Positions 23,232 through 37,123 are shown, counted from the first letter of the stretch. The stretch: DNA of 64,000 bases from Lepidodermella squamata (GCA_047495785.1 JBLDXI010000032.1:3658001-3722000); one strand, 5' to 3'. The notes: generated from the sequence alone by a model not told the origin. Made by a program: numbers and translations.

Positions 23232-26200
23232 ATGAAACAAGCTAACGTGTCACTTGGTGACACGCATTTCAAAGTCCCTCGAAAGGGCAACTGTGAAACA
23301 GTTTCGCGAAGACTCATTGTCGACTCATCATCTTCATCGGATGAAGAAACGGGATGGAATCACAGTGCCGATTATCTGTCAGTGACTGCTCAAAGCGGCA
23401 AAACCAAACATCGAAATACTAATTCTCATGCTCTACGAAGGCCCGCATCTGAAATTCAGCTGAGATGCTGTCGTAGTGCATCGATGGGTCGACCATGCAA
23501 CTGCTTCTCAGCAAATGATATCGCTGAAAACGTTGATCATTCGGAGAAAGAACTACTTGGAAAAATTGGACAATTAACTAGCCAGGTAATTAATTCTTAA
23601 GTTCTTATTTATTCCTATAGTGACCTTGAATTGTTTCTTACAGGTCGAGGAGATGCAAATTAAGGAAACTGCTGTGTTAAATAAGCTCCGCCAGGTGAAG
23701 GACGAGTCGGCTCAGAAAGAGATCACCATAATGTTGGTTCATAGCTATTTGCCCGATGCATATTTATGAATTTTTTCTAGGGAATTACGGACTCAGCTTA
23801 ATGAAGTTTTGCGTGAGAAAGAAGCTGTTGAAATTAAGGCGACGAGTTTCACACATAATGTGCAAATTCTCGAGGCAAAGCTCAATGAGTATCAAAACAA
23901 CTCGAAAAGAGTGGATGAATTTCATCTGGAAAAACTCAATTCAACCGTGAAATCATTGGAAAATCTTCAACAATCGTTTGAAACCGAGCGAAAAAAGGTC
24001 AGCATTTAGAAAGTTCCGGATATAACAAGATATAAACTGAATATATTTCTACAGTGGCAAGCTGAGACGAAGTCACTAGTATCCCAGCTGGAAGAATCTA
24101 ACGCTGATCGGCAGCAACTCATGAAGAAACACGAAGAATTGAGAAAACAAAATGAAAGTGTTAACAAAGAACGAGAGTATGCAACATTTGAATTCAGAAC
24201 GCCGCATTTGATACCGATTTATTCAGTGCTTTATTGAAGGAGAAAAGTGATGCAATGGTTTCATTTACTCGAGACATGGCGACTGCAAAGGAGAAAATAC
24301 GTAAGTTTCGAGTTGCCTTCTGTCAAAATATCACTTCATTTTGACTTGTTTTCAGTCAAGCTGGAATCTCAGCTCACAAGTTATGACTCGATTAAGGCTG
24401 ATAACGCAGAGCTGAAGAAGCAAAATGCCGCCCTACGCCGTCAAATGGACGAGACGTACGGCCAGCTGGTCGAAAATCAGCTGAGAAATTTAACAACCAC
24501 CAATGCAAGCGATCGAATTTCACCTCACGATTACTCCCGTATGCCTGGTCAAAAGCCATTCGTTCAAGGCCGGCAATCAACTGCCTCGGTGGTATCATCG
24601 TGCTCCACCCTTAGTTGCGGAGACTTACGGACTGTACCAGGAAAAAACAGCGGGAGTAACTCAATAGGTTCGGGTAATGCAAACGCAGGCGCTCATTCGC
24701 AAGAATTGATGACAAAAATTGATGGCTTGTTGGCTGAAATTCGACTTTCGAATGGCAAATACCAACTTGAACATGAGAAATGTGTTAAGCTGGAGGGTAG
24801 CCTGAAAAAGGCCGAAACTGAGGTTGAACAGTTGCGTAATACCCTGGAGCAATGCCGCAAGCAGTTGAATGAGAAACGGGCTGAAAACGAAAATACTTTA
24901 GCCGAATTTTTCGAAGTTCGTAACAAGCTTCATTCTTCTGTCGAACAACTTGGAAAAGACACAGAAGAAATAGCAAGACTCGAAAAAGAGGTAAAACATC
25001 GATCTTTATGAAATTCTGATGTATATCTTAAATTTTTGCAGCTGAAAGTTTCCGAACGAGAAGTTGCGAAGAAATCGGCTGAAATTGAAAAATTGAAGCA
25101 AGCAAATGCATCAGCGGCCGGTTTACAAGCGCGATTGGCCGAAGCCGAGCAGCTGTCGCGCCGTTTTGCCGACGAGTGTGACCAACGGCAGCTTAAAATC
25201 GACCAGATGTCGCTACAACTCGACAGTCTTTTTGACTCTCGCCATACTCAGCGCGTTGCTTATGAAGAGCAAATCGAGGCGTTGCGAATGGAAATCAGCC
25301 GCCTTACTCAAGAGTGCCGCTCCAAGACCGAATCTGCGAATAATTATGAGTTAAGGGCGAAAAAACTTGAGGGCGAATTATCACTGCTCAAAAAGACGAT
25401 AGATCAAACGAAGAAAAGTGAGGCTATAATGCGGGTTGAACTTGAAACTGGCTACGTGAATGCTCAGAGTGAATTTATGACCAAGTGTCAAAAATTGGAA
25501 TCCGCCTTGAAAGAGGCAACGTCGAAGTTAAAGGAAGCTGAGGATGATAAGGCTGAAATTCAGCAACGTCTCGACTCAGTTCTCGAGTCACGTGACCGTC
25601 GAGTAAACGAACTCGAGCAATTGTTGCTGGGCGAGAAAACAATAATGGAGCAAAGGAATGGCGAAATCACAAGTCTGACGTCCGCTCTGAGGGAAAAGGA
25701 GAAGAGCTTAGCCCGAGCTCAAAGACGTATCAACGACCTGGAAGCTGCTGAAATACGTCTCCAAGAGCAGCTAACGTCAGTCGGGCAAGAAATGGCGAAT
25801 GCCCGCTCGAGGGAGGAGAAAAGGATATGTGAACTTGAAACTACGAATCAAAAGCTAGGCGAGCAGCTAGCCAAAGCCGATCGACTAAATTCAGATCAAA
25901 CTGCTCGGATTAGCTATTTGCAGAATCAAGTTTTATCCCTGCAACGAAATTGCGAGTCGACCGTTGAAAAATATGCTGAATTAGAGACAAAACTGGTCGA
26001 GGCTGAAGCAGAACGTTCAAGGTTGAAACTCGACCTTGAGTCTTTCGAAAACGATCTTCAGGAAAAATCGGTGAAAGAAAGCCAGCTTAATAACAAAATC
26101 GAGGATTTGAATATTGAACTCGAGGCAACAAAACGATTTTTGTTGGAAAAGGACTCGTTGATCGCTAATCTCGAGGGAGATTGTCACGCGTTAGCCGGTC

Positions 26201-27510
26201 GAATAGACGCGATTGAGGAAGTTAGGCGGGTCACAGCAAAGACGGCGGAGGATTTTAAGCGCGTAGTTGACGATCAAAATGACAAAATATTCTGTCTAGA
26301 AACTCAATTGGCCGAAAAATCGGAGGAATTACGCGATGTTAACGCTGAATTAAGGCAGCGTGATGCCGAGATGGCACTGAGGCGAGACCAGGTTTTTGAG
26401 CTGGAGTCTCGCGTTGATGGCATGCGGGCCGATTTAGAAGGCCGTATTCAAGTTCTGGAAAACGCTTTGGAACAAGCTCAAAGTGAACTTTGCATCAAAA
26501 TCACCGAAACCACTCGGTTGATCAACGAATTGAATAGTTGCCAAGCTGAGTTGACCCATTTTCGCGAGGCCGATGGCCAATTCAGTGGCGAAGTCGATGC
26601 TCTTCGAGCTGATGCCGATGAAAAGAAGAAACTTGCGATTGGTTGGAAGAAAAAATTCGACAAATGCGAGGCTGATCGGCAGAAACTAGAAATTCGCGTT
26701 AAAGAGCTCGAATCCGCCTTAAGCCTCGTCCAAACCGAAAGTGCCAAATTGAAACAGGAAATTCAAGGCCAAGTCGCTAACGTTTTATCTGTGAAAGCTG
26801 AAACTGATGCGTTCCGGCGCGAAGTTACGAATACGAGGTCGGAAATTTCTCGACTTCGCGAAGAATTAACGCAGAAGGAGGAGCAACTTTGCATGGCAAA
26901 GGCGCAAGCACAGCGGATTTCTGACGAATTAGAATTTGTTCGTAAACAGAAAGCAACATTGCATGATCAACTGCTGGCGACAGTTGAGCAATTGAAGAAA
27001 ACGAAGGCGAAAATCGCGCTGAAATACGAACAGCAACTTCGAGATTTACGTCTGCAAAACAGTATTTTGTTGAACAAAGACCCGGCTCTATCACCTCCCC
27101 CGGGCGTGAAAAATGACCAAAATAGTCATAATTTCAATCAGTATCTGCCATCAAATGCTGGTGATTTTTTAGGCGAAATGGTGTCGTTTGACGATAGTTC
27201 AGCCACTTCACCGTTTTTCAACGGAAATTCACCACCGTCGCCCCTGCGAGACAATAATAGCATCCATCTACATCAACATCGATCGCTATTAATAGCCGAT
27301 TCAACCTCTGCCACTGATGCGAATGACGATGAATCTACTGTTGTAGGCTCCGTTGATTTTTCGATGGCGTCGCACAGCAAATTGCCAGGAGAAATGGCGA
27401 AACAGCGTTCAACCGTCTCGGTCATGTCGAAGAAATCAACTCTGAGTAAGCAGCCGTCTGCGATTGAGTCCCACGGAAACTGGAGACCTCCGCTACCTCG
27501 CAAAAAGTAG
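23232..27510 (+). CDS. Large coiled-coil protein, multi-exon, orthology unknown
   Basis: ORFs 23232-23600, 23809-24009, 24247-25011 and 25036-27510 are linked by short GT-AG introns. Continuous E/K/L/Q heptads with Ser-rich ends. Confidence 0.8.
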
Positions 27511-27750
27511 TACAACCTCACCCATAAATTATTATTATCACGCAATTTTTATACCACCTTGCCACTGAATTTTTCACGTATCGGTGATTTTTCAAACACT
27601 TTTCTACTCACTCACCTGCTGTTGCCAAATTATAATTGTTGTGACGATAGGTTTTCTATGTTAATTTTCGTATATTATCATGCGATAGAAAAATACTGAC
27701 GAATAAAATTTGCAAAATCATTTTCACCAAGTTTTCGTCCCTATAACTGG

Positions 27751-29576
27751 TTATAATGAAACAGAATCGATCCAGGATTTAACGGCACAAGGCCGAATGA
27801 CCGCGTCAAAGTTCTCAAGACTGCTGCAGTCGCTGTGAAAATTCAGAAGACCCTCCAAGGTATAGACCGTGGTGTCATTACCAGCCTTAAAAGCACACGC
27901 CATTGGAGCACCACGTTCAATCTATCAGATGGAAAAGATTTAGTAGAACAAACACCTGCTAAAATTTGTTACCTGACATGTGCTGATATCTGGGAAGTTA
28001 GCACTAGTGCATAACAGTACGTCCAACGCTCCAGGATTTTGACTGCTTTGAAGTGAAGGCTGAGCGTTTTGTGCCGAGTTACGACAATCGCTAAGAAGTG
28101 AAACCGGGATTCGCTGTAGAGCTGTAATAGGTGGCTTCGAATTGTCAGTTCTCGGCCAACCAGATTCAAAGCAGTCCATGTTGCCCAACTCATTGAGGCT
28201 GATGCATTGATCGAGAATGCATATCGGATTGATTTGATATGAGAAGATTTCCACTGAAGCTGAACATCATTTTTAAAATTCATCGAAATTCATCGAATGT
28301 TGATGTAATACTTTTTAACTTCAGAATCGCGATATTAAACTCGCCAGTTTCGGCAGAAAACCAAGGATGCTTGATCACTTCACTGATCTCCACGCTTATG
28401 CGGGTCGTTTCTGCTTCATTTCGATTTTGCATCCCTATCAAGGCAGTAAACTGCCCACTGCAAATGAAAAATGTAGCGAATGATAGACGCCTCTTGCTTC
28501 TTACTTGGCTGGGAAGCAACTCGCAGTGGATATTACAGTTTTCCAGTTTATCAGGGCGCCGCCACAAGCTGTGAGTAGCCGACTATTGTTTCTGACTTCG
28601 ATGCGAACCTGCCACGGTATTTCGCCGATCCTAGCATTTCCCGATCCCTTTGTTACACCATCAGGTCCAACCTTGGCACATCGAGTCACATCAGGTAAGC
28701 TTTGCTGGATAGGGTAGAACTGACGAATGACCGAGTTATTGCCGCGGGGTAACAATTCGTTGTTTCTTGAGAAAATCGAAGACACTTCAATCGATGGAAT
28801 GGAGCCGTTAGCCCCGAAAATTGAGGATCTATTAAAAATTGAAGAGCCCTGCGGAAAATTTTGAACGTTGGCCAAGCCTGGCAACGCATTGTTGCCACCT
28901 GCGGGCAGTCCCAAAGCCCCTAATGAACTTGGCAATCCTGAAAAAGCACCACTTGGCAACGTAGGTAAACCACCTGGAATCCCAGGAGCGGATGGCATCC
29001 CACGAAAAGATCCCAAGCCGTTAGTAAGCGACGAATTTTGCAACCCTGATAAGTTTGGTAAGAAACCAGATGGTATGCCCTGCTGTCCTGGAAGACCAGA
29101 CGGGAGGCTAGCACCGCCAGGAATTCCGTTCATTGAGCTACCAATATTTGGCATTCCTGGGAGACTTCCTCCTCCTGGTAGTCCAGGAAGTGAGGCATTA
29201 GGTGCATTTGGAATTCCAGGAATTGATCCCGTGGGTAATCCTGGCACCGATCCAGCCAGTCCTGATCCTAATGCTCCGCTGGCGGAACTTGGAATCAAAG
29301 ATCCCGTGTTAGGAATCGAACCTGAAGCTGCTGAGCCTACACTTTGAGTAGGGGCAGTTCCGGTATCTAATAAATTGCCGATTCCTGAACTCTGAGTTCT
29401 GCCAATACTGCTCAATTTTGCATCGGGCGGAAACGCGAAACATGCTTCTCCCAAATTTCCTTTGTGAAATGGTGTAGAAATGCGAAAAATAATATTATTT
29501 TTTCAATCAAATATATTGTCCTACCTATGAGGGAATAGTTAAGCGCCAGCAGTATAACGGCGAGACAATTTAACAT
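27751..29576 (-). CDS. Secreted trypsin-fold pseudoprotease with long Gly/Pro/Ser/Leu-rich N-terminal region
   Basis: Signal peptide exon MLNCLAVILLALNYSLIG (29576-29525), then GEIPWQV, CGGALIN, VIKHPWF, INPICI, CFESGW and TCQIERGAPMAC. The triad positions read TASC, FNIAI and ERG. Confidence 0.82.
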
Positions 29577-30327
29577 TGTTTACAGTTCTATGTGAGTAAA
29601 TTTTTTTTGTATTAAGTGTAACGCGTTTACACAACCTTTAGGTATTAACTATCAAGAGCTCTCTAGTCGATCTTGGGAATGCGCGCTTTGTCTCGGTTGT
29701 TCTCTAAGGCAAAATAAACAGCTTACTGCCATGGCAAGTGTTGTTACTGCCAGATTAATTTAGCGAATTTGGAACGACTTGAAACATATCGGTAAATCGG
29801 CCATAACTACACTGCATGTTAACTGATATCGGGAACTCCGGCGGCCGAGATGATGACTAACCGACACGCAGCAACGCAGGGCAACGCAGCGCTGTCTTTT
29901 GTATCGACATCTTACGCTTCTCCCAGTCGCCCTTTGATGCTCTGTATTCAGCCAAAATTTTTACACAAAAATGTGAAAAACCGAAAAACATACACCTCAA
30001 ATACAAAATCAATTATTTTATTTTGTAAAGCCTCAATAAGCTTTGATATATCATGCGCATATAACCGACAGTTTGAGTGCGATTAGCACCGGAAGTTTAC
30101 AATTAATTTGTTACCGTAGGGTCTAATAGCTACTGAAAGAACGAGTTTTTATTAACTGGTAAAAAATCTGCTCCAGGCAAGAAAAGACATGTCTCGAGAA
30201 AAATTGGCAGTTTGTGATAGTGCGTATAATATGAATAACAACAACGAAAATGAGATAATAAATGAGAGAATATTCATGTTATTCTTCAGTTTTTCATGTA
30301 GTCTTTATAGCGATTTTTCATCGATTG

Positions 30328-32747
30328 TTAGTTTGGAAGACATGGCAGGTAGCTTCCGAGGCTTTTGTAGTGTTTGATTGCTTTGCCCCATGTATCACTG
30401 CCGGCTAGAGTATTCGCGTCACCAATAACGATCAAACCACACCGCGCTCGAGTAAGGGCGACGTTGACCCGTCGACGATCCGAAACGAAACCCACCTTAT
30501 GATTCACGTTTGACCGAACACATGAGATGATGATAAAATCGTTCTCACGGCCCTGATAGCCATCGACTGTTTGAATTTCAACCCGGCGACAGGCGTCAAG
30601 CCAGTAGTCGTCGACAAACGCAGAATCGAAACCAGCCGATGATCGACCGGGATATTTCGGCTCCAGGCTGAGAAGATACGAATTCAAAAACTCACGCTGA
30701 CCTTCATACATGGTGATGACGCCAATTTGAGACGGATCGATGCACATTTCGAAAAGTCGGCACAACATTTCGTGGACTAGCATGCACTCGTATTGGTTCA
30801 AGAATGAGGTAGCTGATCCAGCTATTTCTTCCCGTTTTATGCCTCGCTGGCTACGGCCGGGTGCTGATGACAGAAAAACAACAGGAATGCGGGAATCGGG
30901 CCAAATCCGCTTCTCCTCGTCAATCAAAATCGTGCGTTGATCAACCGAAATTCCATCTTGAAGTTTGCCGCCATAAAAATTAGCAGAGGGAAAGGCGCTA
31001 ATAGCCGGATGCATGCGATACTGGACTAGAAGGGAAATTGACCCGAGAGCGTTGCCTAGACGTTCAAACAACGAGACGTTAAATTTAGCCTGTTGAGCTT
31101 TCCTGCTTCGAACAATCGGGCCCAATTGATTTCGGTCACCGATCAAGACGATACGTCCGTCTGAGTTATTGACGCGAGTTATTGGTACTAGACACTCGTT
31201 TTCACTCGCTTGGGTGCATTCGTCAATAATCAAAGCCTTGAATTCAAGGTTTCTCATACGCGGATCGCCAGCTGCGATACAGGTGCAACAAACGACCAGA
31301 GCGCCAGCCAAAATTTGATCTTCAATATGCCTTAGAGATTTGTTAGGAGTAACCATCGGGCGGGCGATGTGGTGAAGCGCGTGAAAGCTAACTCGTGGAT
31401 GTGACGGAACGTAATCCGGGTCGTCTTCACGCCATCGAGCGTAGAGCCGAATGACACCCTGGAGGCCAGTTTGGGAAATTGTTGCAGTCAAATTATCGGC
31501 AGCGATGTTAGACGGCGCGCAAATGAGGACAGGAGCAATTCCTGACATGACCAATTTCAGAGCCATTGCTGCAGCCACGGTAGTTTTCCCGGTGCCAGGA
31601 GGCGCTTCAATTATGCTCAACGGACGATTAAGGGCATAGTTGACAGCCTCTCGCTGAGATGGGTTCAAGTATGGCAACCCAGGAATCAGTTCGCTAGGAG
31701 AGATCCATTCTTTCGATTTCTTAGCTCTAAATTCTCAAATTTATTGAAAAAGAGTAATTTTATGAATATGGCAAACCGATGTTGCAGATTTCCAAGCACA
31801 GCGTCCGTGATTTTGCTTAAGCCCTTCTGCTCAAACTCGCTGAGAGCCTTGAACATTCGCTCGAAAGGCACTTGGTTGACAGCCCAACCAATTGTATATC
31901 CAGCTCCGATGTTGATTGGTGTTTTGGCATCTCGCTTCATAACCGCCTTGAAATCGCGATTGTTTGCAACAGAAACAATGGTTGCCGAGCTATGCCACTT
32001 GTTTCGCAATGAAATTGATATGGTATTTCCGCAATTCATTCGATGCCCATTGATTAGCTGACGCAGTTGAAACTTAGCATAAATTTCATCGGCACGTCCT
32101 GGAACTGGCAGCCATTGAATAGAAACGTTGACTTCTTGCTCTCGCTTTTTCATCTCAACTTCATCAGCCTTCTGTTCCAAAGAAAGAAAGTTTCGACTCA
32201 CAGTTACATACTGTTCCAAGTTTTCAAATTTGACAGGCTTTAAAGCGGGAAGATCGGAAATTTTCTCCATCTCAAGTAATGCTGCTTCATTTTCGTCAAC
32301 ACGGTGCCACTGCTTCTCCTTATCATCAATAATATTCAACGGCACGCTTTGATCTGATGCCAGATAATCAAATTTTGCGACTAAACGATTGAACTTGCCA
32401 TCGTTATCAATTAGTGACACCCATTCAGATTCCAGCGATCTGTCGACGCATGTAAGACGACAGCAAAATCGATTCAGACCTCCAGAGCGATTTCGAAAGA
32501 CCAGTTGATAACCCAAGTCAAATACATTGGTATTCCCGCATTTATAGCATTGCATCTTGAGAGATTCAAATTGGCCAGAACGGCAATCATGAAGTTGACA
32601 CACATTGTTGCCACGGGCGCGGCGCAAGTGTTCAACGGCGTGGCTTCGACTTGAGTTTTTACCTTTACCGTTGCAAAACCATGCTTCGGAACTTTCTGAA
32701 TAGATGAGACAGGCGGCTTTGTTGTTTCCACAGTAAGCGCATTCCAT
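30328..32747 (-). CDS. UPF1-like SF1 RNA helicase, divergent and minimal (intron 31727-31776)
   Basis: UPF1 CH domain (CAYCG, WFCNGKG..SHAVEHL, CYKCGNTNVFDLG), then LNPSQREAV, APPGTGKT, IIDECTQA, LIGDRNQL, QYRMHP, TVDGYQGRE and NVALTRAR. The 50-bp intron joins the two ORFs in frame. Confidence 0.9.
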
Positions 32748-34078
32748 TATTAAATTAAAATTAATGCCCGAAGCAGATGGCAGCTATGAATGAATAGTAA
32801 GACATCAATGTATCTCTCAGGACTCTCAGGTCAACGAAGCGGAGAGGTTATAAACATACCTGATACTAAACGAGTTTCATTATAACAGACACTAACTAGC
32901 TGAACCGTCAGGTTGTTTCCTGCCCCTTTGGGACTCGGATTTTTTAAGGTTGTACCACACCTAAGGGAGCGCACTGCAGCTGAGATAGAAGCAGAAACCT
33001 ACACGATGATGATTATGACAGGTTTGGAAGATCTGAGGGTGAGCTGGCTACCCACTCCAATGGAGATTTGACACCATTGCATGTGGTGCCAAACCTCGCC
33101 TTTTCGCCTTTTCGCAGAAGACCTGAGGGTTTCCCCACCTCTCGAGCGAGACACCCAATGAGACACGCAATGACGGTCCACGCATGCATCCGTAAGCGGC
33201 CTCTGCGGATACAACCGTGTCGTCTGCTCAGGTCCACGACGGCGTCACTACTTCAGCTTTTTGAGATATCCCACCAGAGCTTATCAGGTGACGAATTGGC
33301 CTTTAACATATAGTCAGAAACCTGCACACCTGCTGGAAACGAATCGACCGCCATATCGCTACGCGCCAATCCTTCAACTTTAGAAAATACATAATTTACA
33401 AAATGGTATAAATAATTTTAGTTAATAGCTTATCAATATTATTATTTTCAAGGTCATTCGAAAAGCGTGCTTGGAGACGTTTTTATTAGGAAGCAGCTTT
33501 CGCCGTTCGTGAAAAAAGGTTGAAAAGGGCTGAAAACACTGAGAACTAAAAGGCAAGGGCGAGAAACCTCATTTTTATCTAGACCGCATGAACCACTAAT
33601 GTTCTAGACGCCAGCTAGCAAAACACTCGCATCGATAGGCTCTACATTACGGCGACAGATTGGTTTTGCTTGGTGACGGTCAAGCTAAACCAGTTGTTGC
33701 TTTGTCAAAAAATGAAGGTATATCGGTGAAATATGGGAAACTTGCTGTCCTATCGATGATTCTTAAGGTATTCTAAATCATTTAGGGGCATGAGAGCCTG
33801 AGAGCATGATACTTTCTGGCGCCGATCCCCGTTTTTTTCTCTCTCCACATGGCGCCAACTGATACATATTATTAGCTGCTGCAGTGCTGAAGGTTCGAAA
33901 GAAGCCGCTACTGATTGCTTACACTGGAAAAAATGTTGCTCGCGGGAAATGTAGTGTACATGAATTCATCCGACCTTCCGACGTCTTCTATTCTCTGAAA
34001 TAAATTCTTCTATCGGACATTTTAAATTGTTCAGATTTCCTCATTTTATAGAAACATTTTATTCAGTCTTTGAGTTCA

Positions 34079-37000
34079 ATGGACGAAACTGATGAACTTC
34101 TAAAGCTATCGAAAGCTGTTGTGAGTGCCGATGAGAGTTCTCAAAAGGTTAGTTTTGACCGAAATCGCGTTTGCTTTCTTATTTTTTTTATTAATCTCTA
34201 GTCATTTATGTCGCTGTGTCAATTAACAAGTATCAAATTTGGTTTGATTTCTCGCGATTTAAGAATTCCAGTTCTCAGTGCGTTTGTAAATGCATTCTCT
34301 AAGTTTTCCTCAAAGTAAGAAAGTTTTATTTGTTTTCCCCGCGAAATTATCTCGGACAATTTTAAGGATGAGTCAATTCTCTGCAGTCGATGGATTGGCA
34401 ATAATTCAAGCGTCAACAGATATCTTACAAACATTTGCTTCATCTGCAACTCATCTCGACCCGTTGCATGAAGCTGCATTTCTTGACCTTGTTGGAAAAC
34501 TTTTTCTAATGCTGTGTAAACTTGTTGAAAGTACTCGGCAAGTACCAAAAAATGTCACGTCTTCTTTGTTGACATCGAAAGCCTATATTTTTCTGGGGCT
34601 ACCTGGCTACGCCCTGAGAATGCCTGAAGAGGTTGTTACTTTCCACGAAACTCTACCTCAACCCCCTGGTGCAAAGGAAAGCCGTACGTCATCAGCTCCT
34701 GGAAGCGCTAAAAAAGTTCGATCACTCTGCATCGATCCTCTGCTGCTCAATATGGAAACCCTTCGTCTAGGTTCTTCTTCTGCGAAAACCAATGAAACAA
34801 CGGTTAAAAAGTCAAACGATTCGGATATGCTCTCAGCGGCTGTTAGAAAAAATTCGCTTAATTTTCTTTGTCTTCTGCTCCAAGTAAGATCAGATACAAT
34901 TGATTGTTCTGTTAACCTCGCTCACTACACAGAATTCTGCTCCATCGACGGTTATGACGGCTTGGCCAGTATTTTTATCCACCACAAGCACAAGAACTTC
35001 CGGCCCACCTGCTGATAACTGGTTCATTCTGTCGATGATGCTGCACGATAGCTCACTTCTCGTGCGGTACATGGCTTGCAGCTTGGTTATAGAGCTCCTC
35101 GATGATAGTGTCAAAGCATTTTTGGCTGTTGCTCAAGACAAGTGAATATTTAATTTTAAAATTAATGAAATTAAATTTCGACTTTTTTAGCATGACCGGG
35201 TTGCCTACCACTGGTGCAGGGTCTTCATCTGCCTCATCGTTCACGCCTTACGCCGTGCAGCTCGCTGCTCATTTACGCGAGGTTCATCGCTGCTTGATAG
35301 CTGCAGCGCTTCATGCGAATAGTGGGCAAGAGAAATGCTCACAAATGGTCGTCCATGTGCTGAAAGCGGTACAATTTCTTGTGCGAATTACGCCGTATCA
35401 TCGGTTGCGACCGGGCTTGCTGAGCGAAGTCTTCAAGCTCAGTTCTTCGCTTCTCCGGTCAAAGGATGTCGACATTCGCGTTGCATGTTTAACGGTTTTT
35501 GGCGAAATTCTAGCCAATCCTCATGCCCATAGTCTTCTAGAAATGGAATGCTTAGTTCGAAGTTGCAAACCTCCAGTTTTCTCACGACCATTGTCTTTCT
35601 GCACTTCGCCAACTGGCTCGATTTCAGGTTCAGAAACGCCGTTGGTAATGGACGATCTCGACAAAACGGCCGGTTTCCAGCCTTGGCTGTTGAAAATAGC
35701 GATGGAATCAGCTGCGGCGAACTCGGTTTATTCCTATCCTGTGAAGATCGAATCCCTGCAACTCTTGAATGCTTTAATCAAGTTTTATTCCAGAACACTA
35801 TTTTTCGAAGCAAAACAATTACCTGAGTTGTTCAAGTTCATTTATACGGCTATGTATGCTGCTGATTCGGTCTACTTGGCGCACGTCAGTTTTGTTCTGG
35901 AGACTATAGGACAGCAGCTTAACGAGGAATCTGTAGTCGATCGACTTCCGCTGCCTGATATCGTGTCATTTTGGACGGATACCCTGTCAAATCACATTTT
36001 TCGGTTGCTTCAAGCGCAAGGATCACAATCTAGTCAAAGTTCGACGCTAAAAGCTGCTTTATTAGACGCTTTGTCATCGATAGGGCCTTTAGTTTTTGAC
36101 AGATTGCCGGCAAATCTGCGAATATTGTGCACAACGACTCCACTGGATATTTCAGAAAGTAGTGGCCTTGATAAATCGCTTCGAGCTGCTGCGATTCGAT
36201 CGCTTGGGCACTTGGTTTCCTTCAAATCGATGCAAAAAGACTTGGCCTTTTTGATCCAATGCATTGAAATTTCTCTGAAGCAAGCGAATGCAGAACCAGC
36301 TTGCCAATGCGCTGCAGCTTGGCTGCTTCGAAATGCGCTGGAGGCTGTAGCAACCAACGATAGTCGTATCAGTAATGAAATGCTGAAGGCGATTCTTAAT
36401 GTTTGCGTGAAATTGACGTTGAAAGGACCGGACAAAGCAAAACCGCACACTATTTCAGCCGTCTGGCGGCTTTTGAATGGAAATTTTGCGATCAGCCAAG
36501 AATTTGTCAAGGTGGCTGTGTGCGATGTGATTTGCCCGGTTCTAAGTGGCACAATTAAAGGTCCGGTTAAAATGCAATGGAACGCAGCTGACGGGCTGAT
36601 TGAAGCATTTGCCAGCTTGCAAACAATCGCCTTACTAGAACTTCACTTGAAACTTGTTGTCGATACGTGTTGCAAAGTTATGATTGAATCTTCGAATTTT
36701 CGAATGCGAACAACGTTGGCTGATGCTTTGAAAACTCTGGCGTTGCACAGGCCTGATGGATTTGGCGTTACGTGCCTTCAGGCTTACTTCGAAGCTTTAT
36801 CTTCCAGTCATCAGAACATCAAAAGCCCGACAGAGTTCAAGCATGTCGACGGATTTCTGGCTAGTTTATGGATGGGATTTTTGACGTGGCTCGTCAAGAT
36901 CGAGTCGGATCAAGAGCTGTCGAGCTGGCTGGGTCGAGTGTCAGCCGAAAAGATGGAAAATACGTTGCATGATATTAAGAGCTCTTTGCTCAACAACAGT

Positions 37001-37123
37001 AATCTCTCGGCAGAAAATCCAACATCTGTCTGTGCTGTACAACGGCTCAAAACGTTTGCTCCTGGTTGTGAACCTGCACGCATGGTAACTGATGTAATCA
37101 CAGAAATGAAGACACTTGAATGA
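34079..37123 (+). CDS. HEATR6: HEAT repeat-containing protein 6-like, multi-exon
   Basis: AFLAVAQD...SSFTPYAVQLAAHLREVHRCL...LVRITPYHRLRPGLL...DVDIRVACLTVFG (DUF4042-like region), VKIESLQLL, VKMQWNA and SSNFRMR. The start codon is inferred. Confidence 0.75.

Noticed and set aside
28868-29347. Collagen-like antisense ORF
   Set aside because: Mirror of the Gly/Pro-rich minus-strand exon, with no sustained Gly-X-Y register.
32960-33380. GC-richer segment possibly from a retroelement 3' end or hammerhead ribozyme
   Set aside because: Only vague motif resemblance. There is no intact CTGANGA/GAAA core, no TSD and no convincing ORF.
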